DNA of 59,928 nucleotides from Rhina ancylostomus (taxonomy: Eukaryota), in contig JARFYF010000059.1 in NCBI GenBank assembly GCA_030265395.1, positions 18,327,862 through 18,387,789 on the forward strand, read 5' to 3'. A program made the translations under genes and the position numbers. Numbering within the stretch: the stretch's first letter is position 1; every line of letters begins with the position of its first letter. Below are positions 12,946-25,500 of the stretch, in pieces. Below the pieces are notes generated by a model. The model did not search any database, was not told where the DNA came from, and saw only the letters and a list, made by a program, of their open reading frames with translations.

Positions 12946-13553
12946 GGATCTGAAATAGTTTATGTCAAGAATTCCCCTACAGCTATTTTTTCTAAAGACA
13001 AACAAGTTAGCAAGTCGATAAGGTGTTCAGTTTGTAAAAAGACAATCTATCTGTTATTTCTTGTGTGGTCAAGGTATATGTCGATCTTGAAAGGAAGAAT
13101 TGGCTTCTTGCTTAAGTAGCAGTTGATGAATATACAGTGTGTTTCTGTTAAGTATATTAGGTGATAATATTTAGTACCATCATATCAGATTCACAGGAAG
13201 GATGATGTAAGTAAACTGAAAATCTGCAATGAACTATATGGTGAACTTACCAATAAAGCATTTTTCTAGATTTCTCAAGTTTCATTGCCAGATAAATTTT
13301 TAATATAATGTAATGATCTCCTTTCTCACTAAAGGATGAAATATTGAATTGCTAAAACCAGACTATGATGTTCAAGATCCAACATTAATAGTGTCAGTGA
13401 AGTAGAATATTTGACAAGCATTTAGGATTGGGAAACAATAAGATACAACTTGTTGGGAAAAATTGGAACAAGAACTCTAGTGCCTTTATGATATTGTTGA
13501 CAAAATATTGTCTTCAATTATTGCATTTGCATTGTCTCTTTATTTTATAATAG

Positions 13554-13597
13554 GAACCTTGGAAAATCGGGTCTCAGGGTGTCATGTCTTGGCCTAG
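13554..13597 (+). CDS. KCNAB2: KCNAB2 exon, 44 nt: (R)[14 protein letters not shown](G)
   Basis: ttttataatag|G AAC CTT GGA AAA TCG ... GGC CTA G|gtaagc; phase 2 to phase 1. Confidence 0.96.
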
Positions 13598-16500
13598 GTA
13601 AGCAAATTTTGTTCTCATGCACAAACTAATAACAAACATTTTGATAAGTTGCATATTTTAAACTGGTGATGCTTTAGATTAAGAATCTATATGATATAAA
13701 AATACAGTAATTCATTAAAGATGTCAGAATTGTGAAAATATCATTTGGTTTATTGAAGATTATATCTCTACTACTATTAAGGGTTTCATTGAAATGTGTG
13801 TGTGTTATCTTTTCTATCATGAATTTTGATTTCCAGTGTTTATTTTCTATTACTTTATTTGAAGAGGTTATTCCAAGTTATATTTTTCTCAGTAGTTTTA
13901 TTACTCATATTTTACTTATACTATCTTATAACCAAAGTCTATGCTGACTCCAACATCACACACAACAGCTCCATTCCCGTTTATCTCGCTACAACCTATT
14001 CTCTCTCATATACCCATCGACTCCCCTCTGATTCTCCTGCAACCCCCCTACGGTAGGGGCAATTTACAGTAACCATGTCACCTACTAGCAGGAGGTGGGA
14101 AGAAACCAGAACACTCGAGCAATGTACCTAGTCACAGGGAGAATTTGCAAATTATGTGTGAATAGCAGCAGAGACTAGGACCAAGCCCAGGTCATTGGAG
14201 CTGAGGTAGCAGCACTAACCTCTGATTTGCTCTGCTGTCCAACAGTTGGATGAATTTGCTTATTTCTAATTTCCCTTGGGCCTCATTTTTTAAAGTTCTT
14301 TGAAATATTCAAGTTTATCTTACCTGTACTATTTGGATCTGAGCAAGGCGTGGACGCCATTGTCACTTAAAGTTAAAAGAATATATTAGGAGTTGTGCAG
14401 AATGTGAATGGCAACTCTGATCAAACTATGGACAACATAGTGGTACCCTGCCTATATATTTAAAAAAAACTGACACTACAGGGATGCACTCCCTCAAGAG
14501 CATTAGCTGGTTAAGTAACCTTTAACTGGATTTATAATTGTTGCAAGTGTGCTTTGTGGAAGAAGAAGACAATTTAATATTTAATAGACTTTGAACACAG
14601 AAAGGTAGCAGATTGATTTGTTTCTTGGCCCAATATGCTGCTAAGTCCATAAAAATACTTAATATTAGGTTGTCATTTTATTGATCTGCCTTGTGTCATA
14701 GGTAGTGGATAGAATTTTCTTAATATGTTAAATTAATGTTACTTCAAATAATTCTACACATACCAGTGAGTTTAAAATAATGGAATAAAACAAAGTATTG
14801 GAAATATTCAGCACATAAAGAAGCAGCTCTGGAGAGGGGAACAAAATTAATGTGCCAGCTCAGTAACATTTTGAGATGAAAGGCCATTGACTTGAAAAAC
14901 TTAAGTCTGCTGATACCTCCATAGATGTTGCCGATCTGACTGATTAATTCCAGCAATTTTTGTTTCTAGTGTATACCATCTTCAGTATCTTGCTTTAAAA
15001 CAATGGATACTGAATAGAAAAGATCTTTGCTTCCAGGTTAATGTAAATTGTTGAGCCTGCAGCTTGACACATCAACTAAAATGTAACTAAATAACATTCA
15101 ATACAGTTGCATGTTTTGCTTTAACATCTTATAAGCTGAAAACAGATTTTAAAGTTCTTAAACTTTTATCATTCCAACAGGAACATGGGTTACCTTTGGA
15201 GGGCAGATCACTGATGAGGTATGTCTCAATCCTGCCTTGAGACAACGTGAGTTCCTTGTCACTATGGGTAAATTGAATGAGGTGGTCAATAGCATGGAGC
15301 AATCAAAATATTATAACTTAAACTTTGCAGTTTTTGTTTGTAGCAGTCAACTGAATCCCATTTGCTAGTAGCTTGGTATCTGTGGGAGTCATCATTATAA
15401 AGCCACCAAGAACAATGGTTGGAAGACATGCCCATGCTATAATCTCAGTGCCATTTTTGGTAGGTTAGCAACATAGCTCTGTCAAAAGGTATGTACGGAA
15501 AATCAAAATGACTCATACATGTAATATTCAAGTGTGTTACAGCAACAGTTTCCCAATGTACTGAAAGCTAATGAATCTAATGATAAATAGTTTGAAAGTA
15601 ACAACATACAACATGCTTTGCATTTCTCCATGTTCTTAGATTCTTGTAGTTCTGGTAGTAGCAGGTGAGAAGCAAGTTGCTAGGTTTCACATTGCAGTAT
15701 ATTTGAAGGCCAACTTAGTGAATTAATATTTACTCCTACCTGTAAAATCCATTAATAAATAACAATTAAAATAGTATTGAAAAATAAACTTGGCAAAAAG
15801 CTCAAAGGCTAAAGCAAACTGGAAAGTTCGCAAAAAGAGCATCAGTGGTTATTCGTGATCAAATTTTTCAAAATCTTGAAAATTAAAGGAAAAACAAAGA
15901 AAAATTAATTATCAAATCATTGCCAGCTATTGTGAAGTTATTGAGTACTCCAGTAAACGTTTGACTAAACGGGTGTGACATATTTATTTAAATTATCATA
16001 ATGGTTGTATGTATAGTGTTTATACTGTAAGAGCTGTCTGAACGTGTTCAATAATTATTTTTCCTGTCATTTCAGATGGCCGAACAACTGATGACACTAG
16101 CCTATGAGAATGGAATAAACCTCTTTGACACAGCAGAGGTTTATGCAGCTGGCAAGTAGGTTATGTGACCTTTGCGATCACTGTGGAGTAAAGCATGATG
16201 CACAAGTTAAGCAGGTTTTTCTGCTTTACTTTTAATTAGGATAATTTCCCAGCCTAATAACTCGATACACAAGGAATGCCCAACTATATTACATTCAGGC
16301 TAGGATTTTCATGGCAATAAATTGTTCTATTCCTCTTCTGCAGTGCTGGGATATCATAGCAGTTGATACGTTTTCTATAGGTGCACTTCTTACAGTTGGT
16401 ATTTAGCTCAGGACTTTGAGAACTATTGCTGGTAAATTCAAATATCTTACTGTGTTCCTTAACAGATACCCTGAAATAATAATGTCTCAGGCAGCAGCTA

Positions 16501-19500
16501 TATTAATTATAATATAAATCATGATGACCAATTCATGGTGCTTTATTATCATACTATTTAGCAATGAGGTTGAATTAAAGGAATGTTGAGAATGAATGAT
16601 AAAAATGAAAAAAACAAATGTATAAAAATAGTCATGTTTAAAGGAAAAATATGTTAAATAATTACTGTACTACATTGCTACTTCAAATATTGTCTCTAGA
16701 TCAGCTGAAGGTCGTGTATACCACAATTCAATTTTAACTTTCTTGATATTAATAGTTATTATTTTCTGATTTACTCAAATTTTGCAAGATACAAGAAAAT
16801 GGGAACTGGTGTAATCTATTTAGCCCCTTGAGCCTTTCCGCAATTCACTGGAATCACAACTAATCTGTAGTACAAATACATTCATGCACTTCTGCCAAAA
16901 ATGATTTAAAACCTTCGATTAACAACCGTCTATTACTCTCAAGTTTATGATTAACAGTTAACATTTTGCCATAAACAGAATGGTTTCAAGCTGCCACCTA
17001 CCTTTGCCTACAGAAGTATCTCTCCATTCATGAAAAGCCTGGTTCTCATGTTGAGACCATATCTCTTATCTACTGCTTGAGCAGCATAAGGATGTGTTTT
17101 CTCTGTGTCTATCCTTTCTGTTCCTTTTGGGTATTGAAAAATAATCAACTCACTTTTTAACATTCTAAATTCTAAGGTATACAACACTAATTTGCGCATT
17201 CTCTACTTGTAATTTAACCCTTAGATTCCATGTAGCATGATGGAAATACTATGCTTCACACTATTCAAAGCCAGTAGGCTAGAAGGTTTTTTTAGTGTTT
17301 CACTGCATAATGCAAAGGAATTTAATCTAAAGCCATTCACTTTGAGTGTTTTCTTTTTGTGCAAGGGTTACATTCTTCTGAAAAACTTCCCTGGTCACAC
17401 AAAGGCAACCGCGCTGTGTGATAATGTCAAACAGTGTGCAAACCATGACAACACTTCTGTAAAAAAAAATATATTTCTACATTTGAGGTCCATGAACAGA
17501 TGAGGCCTGCTGTTAAGGAGTCTTGTTACAATTAAATCCTCTTGTATTTTCCACGTTGTTCAATTTCACCTCCGTCATCACTGTAGCCTGATGTTCAACT
17601 TTTTTAACCCCTTAAGATCATAAGAGTAACCTTGAGCCTCTTCTGCCATTTGATAGGATCGTGGCTGATACAATTTCTTCAAGTCAATCTGTCTGCCCTT
17701 TCCCCAGTCATTCTTGATTCCCTTACTGATTAGCAATCTATGTATTTTAGGCTTAAATATACACAAGAACTCTGCAGCAAGAACGTTCAATGACTCACAG
17801 TTCTCTGAGAGGAGAATTTTTTTTCTCATCTCAATCTTAAATGGGTACCCCCATATTCTGAGACTATGCTTTCAAGTTCTGAACTCTCCCATGAAAGGAA
17901 ACATCTTCTCAGCATTCTCTCTGTCTAGCCCCCTAAGAATTTTATATGTTTCAATAAGATTGTTACTTATTCTTCTGAATTCTAATGAGTAGAGTCATGA
18001 ACTGTTTAGTCTATTCTTCTAGGACAAATGTTCCAAACCCGGGATCATTCTAGTGAACGTTCTCTGAACACCACCGGTGAAATAATGCTCACTAGTGCCT
18101 TGTACAGTTGCAATGAGACTTCCCTATTTTTATACTTCAACCTTCTTGAAATAAGGTCTACTGTTCCATTAACTTTCCCTATTAACTGCTATATTTGTGT
18201 GCTAGCTTTCTGTGTTTTGTGCACTAGGACCCTCAAATAAATCTCGTTATGCTATAGCTTTCTGCACTTTTCTCTCAATTTAAATAATAGTTATTTTGTC
18301 CTTCCAAAACGAACAACTTCATATTTTCCCACAATATTCTCCATTTGCCAACTTTTTTGCTCACTTACTTAACCCCTGTACTGACCCTTTCCTTCAATGC
18401 TATCTCTTGCCGTAATATCCCTGAACACATCAACCCCTTCTCTCCCCTCGGTTCTCTTCTAAACTGCCCCTTATACAGTCTTCCCTGCTAGATTTCCTCC
18501 ACAACCTCCACGGTAGTAGCATCTGTTCTATTACATGTGGTGCAATAGGATTTGGCTCCTGGGAGTCCTTGCACAAAACTGATATGGTTCCCACATACTG
18601 TACCTTTTGAGATGCTAAAGAATTTCAAGCTTGCTATGTCCTTTCTAAGATGTGCAGAACCATATATATTAATTCAGATGTCGTTTTACTATGACTCCGA
18701 CTTTGCAGCATGACTTCTACATCCTTTTTATTTAGTCCCTTGAGTATAAAGGCCAGCTTTCATTGATTATTTTCGGTACCTATCCATTATCTAGTGAAGT
18801 GCACCAGTAAGTCTCTTTGGATATCCATTAATTCTAGATTTTCACCATTTAAAAATTACTCTGATCTGTCTTTTCTGAGTGCAGAATAGCTGGCAATCAT
18901 TTAAGGCAATTTACTAACAAAGTCAATAATGCGTCTTCATAACCTTTAACTTTCAACAACAGCGGCTCGTGAGTAACTTTATCAAATATCTTTTGTTCTC
19001 TTTGTGACTGTCTGGTTTCCTCTGGGAGCTCCAGCTTCCTCCACAATAGAGTGGCATGATGGCACAGCAGTTAGTCCTGCTGCCTCATTCTCCAAGCATT
19101 TGAGATTGATCTTGATGTCTGGTGGTGATTGTGCAGTGTAGGTATGTTATGTCTCTGATAGCACAATGCAGTGGTGTAGCTCGTAGAGATGCTGTCTTGT
19201 AGTGCCAGAGACCCTGATTTACTCCTGAACTCGGGTGCTCCTCCCACATCCCAAAGACATGCTGGTAGGTTAATTAACTTTAGGAGATTGTTTCTTAGTG
19301 TAGGGTTGATGGCAAAACCATTCAAATGGGAATTGAAGGGTACAGCGAAATAAGGAGAGGGGAATGGGACTAAATCGATAGCTCACCTGGGAGTTGGCAT
19401 GGGCCCAGTGGAGTCAGTGGCTATTTCTTGTGTCATTTTATATATATATATATATGATTAGTCACTTCTTCAAAATAAATCAATTCTTTTAGCCACCTTT

Positions 19501-22500
19501 TACTTGTTGCCTCACTCTGATCAGCTGAACATACTTTTTGATTCTTTCTATTCTTATACTCTTGTACTATCCCAAGAATATGTGTTAAAATTATGATGGA
19601 TTTTAACTTTAATATGGATTGGGACAGGCATATATAGCCTATATGCATCCTGATTTCCTCCTCCTTTTCACCATTTCTCCATGGTCATATTGCTATGTTG
19701 CTGGCACTAAGTTAGCTGAATCCCCATAACTGATTCAATATCCTATCCTGTTTCTCTTACTGTTATGCTGATGCAGTTATTCAATCTATCTACATTAATT
19801 TATTTTTATATACAGTTATCACTCATAAAAGTTTTCATGGGTGGGGGGTGGAAGTCAAATTTTCAAATTTACTAACAATACTAAATTAGGCAGAGTTGTG
19901 AGTAAGATGAGCAAAGGAGGATATAAGGACATTTCAAAGTGATGTGGACAAGCTGAGTGAATGGATGAGAACAAGGCAAATGGGGAATAATGTGGAATAT
20001 GTGAGGATTTCATTTTGGGTGCATAACAGAGAAAAGTAGAGTAGATTAGAAAGGTGAATGTTCTGTTGACCTTTATTGCAAGAGGATGTCTTATTGCAAT
20101 TGTATAGAACCTGAATAAGATCGCGCCAAGTGTACTGTGTAAAGAAAGACTAAAAAAAGAAAGTCTACGTATTCAAGCAAAGTGCATTGCAGAGATAGTA
20201 AATGAGTTCTTGGCATCACTTCCCCTCTTGGTAAAGAGAAATGCATAGTCTCAATAAAATGGAGATAATTGAAAGCCTGGATAACCTGAAAATAGATTAA
20301 GATGTGGTACTAAGAAGGCTGGTTTCACTAGGTCCAGATGGAATGCATTTAGGTTGTTGAGGGAAGTAAGGTAGAAATTGCAGAGGTATTAGCCATACTA
20401 CTTCAATCTTCCTTAAAGAGCAGGATGATGCTAAAGGTCTTGAGAAATGCACATATTATATTCTTATTCATGAAGAGATACAAGGATATATGCAGAACTA
20501 TAGGCCAGTCTATCTAACTCTGATGAGGAAACTGATAGAAACAATAATTCAGGACAAAATTTATTTGACAAGTGTGAATTAATGAAAGAAAACTATCATG
20601 AGTTTGTTAAAACTAAACTGTGTTTAATTGCAAATTAATTAACTTGCAGATGCATGTATATTTAACTTGATTTTGAGTGTTTTTATGAGATAACAAAGAG
20701 TTGGAGGGGTAATGTGTATATGGACTTTCCAAAGGTGACAGGTAATCACATCAGTAGAATTTAAGCCCATTGGAGTAAACACAGTATGGATATGAAATTT
20801 GATAGGAAAAATGAAGAGTGGTAAACAGTTGTTCTTCAGACTGGAGAGAGGTATATAATGGTGTTCCCCATCACCCTGTGCTGATGACATGAGCTTAGTG
20901 TATGAAATATAATTTCAAAATTTGAAATGACACAAAAATTAGAAGTATTGAAAATAGTGAAGACGAATGTGACATAGCAGAAGAATTTAATGGAGGAAAA
21001 TGTGAAGTGATAACTTTTGCTAGGAAGAACTAAGAGGGTTAACACAATCTAAAGGCTGAAAGGTTCCATGAATAGAGAGTCCTGGATATGTATGTGCACA
21101 AACTTTGGCCAGTATCAGGACAAATCAGGAAAGCAATTTAAAAAAAAATGTAAGGAATTTTTGGCTTTAAAAACAGACATGTGAAGTACAAAAACAATTT
21201 ATGTTAAATCATGTGCTGGGCACAATGAGAAGACCTGGGTCCAGTTCTGGGTACTGCATTATAGAAGGATGTGAAAGCCCTAGAGTGGGTGGAAAAAAGA
21301 TCTACCAGAATAGTTGTAGGAATGTAGCATTTTAAATAGATTAGAGAAGATTGGGAAGAGATTTGATAGAAGTGTTCAAGATCATGAAAAGTTTAGACAG
21401 AGTAAATAAGAGGAAACACTTTCCCTAGATGCAGCAGATGAGAACCTAAGGGCATGGATTTAAGGTGATTAGAAAGAAAGGAAACATAAGGAAATGCTTT
21501 TACCAAGCAGTGAGTATACAATCTGGATTGCACTATCTGAAAGAGTGGTAGCAGTAGATTCATTGGTGGCTTTAAAATGGAGTGTTGAGGGGAAAAAAAT
21601 AAAACAAGTGCTTGGCTAAGGTGAAGGGACGTTGAAAAGGACTAAATGAGTATTAAAAAGCTGACATGGCCTGGATGGGCTAAAGACTACCTAATTTTCC
21701 TGTATTGATTCTATGCTAAGGGAGCCATACGTAAAATGTAAATTTTGTCTTCTCCACGAGTGCTGACTATTTCAAGTATTCCNNNNNNNNNNNNNNNNNN
21801 NNNNNNNNNNNNNNNNNNNNNNNNNNNNNNNNNNNNNNNNNNNNNNNNNNNNNNNNNNNNNNNNNNNNNNNNNNNNNNNNNNAATCAAAAAAAAATATTT
21901 TCAATGAAATATTAATATTCTTTTCGTATTAAAGTTGTTCTTCAGTTGCTGAGATTCCTGAAAAATTATCTTTATAGTATAATCGCAATATATTCCAATT
22001 ATTAATATTATTAAACGGTGCAGTATTTTTGTTAAGTGATTTTATTAATGCATAATACAAGCATGAAAACCTGGGGAAGAATGTGCTTGATAATTGAAAA
22101 GTCAGTGACTATTTATAATTATCATATTTTAGTTCAGGTTGGTCAAACTAATGGTCTGTTTTTAAACCCATCTAAAATGGAATACATGTTTTAATATTTT
22201 AAAAGCTAAGACTGATGTAGCCTTGTGCATTATTGATAGAGTTTGCTATTTTACAGACAAATTTCTGGAAAACTGCTGAAATTGAGAACTTGGGATCAGC
22301 AACCAAAAAGAAATATTTGGAAAATATTAGCAGAAAAATATATATATGTATGAGAATGTTACCAGTGTTCTTTCAAGCACAAGTCTCCCATTTTTATCTT
22401 TTGTTTTTCTGAGTATTCTTAATTGATGCATACAGTATTTACAGGTAAATAGAAGGTATTATAGATAGTTCAATCGATCTATGAAAGTATTTTAAACTCC

Positions 22501-25500
22501 ACTTATGTTATGAATATCCTGATCTTTTTAGTAGAAATTGTAATCAATGGCTGAAGTACTCCAAATCCACCTTAAATGATGGCTTGCCAAGTTAAAGTGC
22601 TTTGTCATGATCATCTCCAGAATTACACTGGAAAGAAAGAATGTGTTCGTTTCCAGTCATTGGAGCCTTGTAGAAACTAAATTGATTCCTGAGTTTTCTA
22701 TACAGCACTGATTGTATGTCTATTGTAATTTTGGTTGTAAATCAATTTGAGGCATTGAAGATTTGTTAAGGAACTATACAAAACATGTTCTTTTTCTACT
22801 TGCATAGTTCTGGAGGTGATCACAACAAAACATTTTAATTTGACTAACTACCATTGAAGATAGATTTGAAGAACTCTGCCATCTGAGTTGTACTCAGTTT
22901 AAAGTACATAAAACAGCAAATTAAAATGTATAATTATATCAAAGTAGAATTGAAAAGTTGGCAGATAAAATGTTAAACTTGTTAAAGGGGAAATTCAAAG
23001 CAAGCACAATTTTAAAGAACTCTGGATGATAATTGTTCGGAATAATCTGCCGGATAAGGCAATAGAGATGCATTTACTGAGGTTTTTGCCAGAATAAAAT
23101 TAGATATCACAGGAAGTGGGTTAATATACTGAAAAAAAGAATTCCTCTGGATTCACTCTAGGTTGTTGAGGGAAGTAAGGATGGAAATTGAACCTAGATT
23201 GCATTTATTTGGTACTTCTCTCAATCTCAAGGTATCTGAAAGGCCTCTATAAAGACTTTGAAGTATTTTTGAGTTGCAGTCACTATTGATGCAGAAACAA
23301 AATAGCCTTTTTGCATGCAGCAAACTCAGAAAGGAATCTGATAATGAGCAGATATTCTGGGTTTTTTTAAAGACCTTGATTGAGCAAATAAATATCGATT
23401 AAGCTACTGGAGTTGCTCCTCCTTGAAATAGTACTATTTTCTATTCCACAGTTGTATTTTCTATCTATATATTTTTGCCTTTTCATCCCTGGAGTGATGC
23501 AGCAGGCAGTAATGCTGCCTCACAGCTCCATTGATCCATATTCATCATTGGCCTCCAGTGCTGTCTGTGTGGAACTTACCCAGAAGCTCCAGTTTCCTGC
23601 CACATTCCAACAACTTGCTGGTTGGTAGAATAATAAGCTTCTGTAAGTTACCCTCTGTAGGTGGGTGATAAAGAATCAGGGTGGAAGTAATAGGCATCTG
23701 AGAGAGAATAGGTTGCATGGAAGTAAGTGGGGGATGGGATTGATGGGGTTGCTCTGAGAGCTGATATAGACTCAATGGGCCAAGTGGCCTCCTTTGTTGT
23801 AAGAAAATGTGAAATGAAATATAATTGAAGCCATGAAATGAAATATTTGTTCCACATCATGCACATCATACTGTTCCAAAAAAATCTAGAAGAAAATTAC
23901 AGACACTATTTAAAAAAAATTCTTGTATACAAGGATTTGATGTACTATTTCGGCAGACATTGCTAGTAATTTTAAATAAACATCTTGATTTCAATTTGCA
24001 AACATACTTTGAAACTAAATGATTAGTAATTCACATACACTCCCATGCACAATTTCATGCACGCACAGACAAACACAGTGAAGCTACCAACATTAAGATT
24101 GTGAAAAATGACTAATTGAGCTTGCAAATACCATTCCCATGTATTTGAGAATATTAATTACCTGATAGGATTTCTCATTAGTAACATTAGGTCCAGTTGA
24201 TTTGTTTGTTTCACAGATTGAGCACCTTGAATACATCCATTAAAGCTAGCAATGAAGATAATTGTAATATCTTAATGAAGATTAGCTAGCCAGAAACAGA
24301 AGATCCCATAATTATTAATTTGGCATGGCACTGAGTATGACATTGTTATAAATGAAGATATTTAATCAGGCAGGATAAATCAATGTAAGGTTTTGGATTG
24401 GGTGAGAACTCATTGTAGAGGATTTCCTTGGGTAAGACTGTTCAAGACATTAAGTTCACTTTGAGAATTTTTAAAATTCTATTCTTTTTTAATTCATGTC
24501 TTTTACAGTTCACTATAATCCGTTGTGTTATTGGTCCTTTCCTAGTGTAACAGCTAATTAAAACATGTAGGTGAGCCGATTACAATAGAAAGGGAAAGGT
24601 TTGGTTTAAGACCTGTGCTGCTCACCTTTGAGGCGTCCTAGACTTGGCCTGAGTGTTGTTCAGAGAAGTCACCTGCGCTCTTGCTACATTATTGTTTAGT
24701 GCCTGTGAGACTGCATTTATAATACACAGTACAAAAACTTGAGATTAGCATTTATTGTGCACATTGTATAGGCATTTATGATGCTTGAATAGAAATTGGC
24801 CTTCAGATAAAAGATCAGCCAAGTTCCAACTGAATTACCAAGAGGAACCAGGGAACCAAATGGCATATGCCTTAAATTGCTGTTGTTATGTAGGTTCCTC
24901 ACGTGACAATAAAAGGTAGAGTGGTTCCAATAGTTAGTCCCATAAACAACAAAGGAAAGACAATAAACTTCTGGATATTATGTGACTTACAGGGGAACTT
25001 AAAGATGTTGGCATTCCCATGTATTGCTATCTTTGTCCTAGGTGGTAGATGGGAAAGGTTGGTTTGTTTCTTAAGAGGCCTTGATGAATAGATGTCATAG
25101 GCTGCGGCCAAGGTGCATTAGTGGTGGAGATGGGGAATGTGCTAGGTGGTGGATGGAGTGCCAAACAGGCCAATTGCTTTGTCCTAGATGAGAATTAAGT
25201 ATTTGAAATATTTTCACCCAGAGAGCTTAGTTTGTATGCCTGGAGCTTTATTCAATATTTTTATAACTGATAAATTATTCAAAGAATGATGAGAAAATAT
25301 GGTTTTAATAACCTTACCATTTATTTTGCTTGGATCATTTGCAGCAGTATCCTGGAGATCAATTGCTGGTAAATCCAAATAATCCTACAGATAACACTCG
25401 CCTATACTGAATTACCAATTATATACCTCCCATTTTCTTAAAAGCCCATGAGATTAAGTGCCAGGAAAAAACTTTAAAAATGGCATGATTTGTGGTGAGT

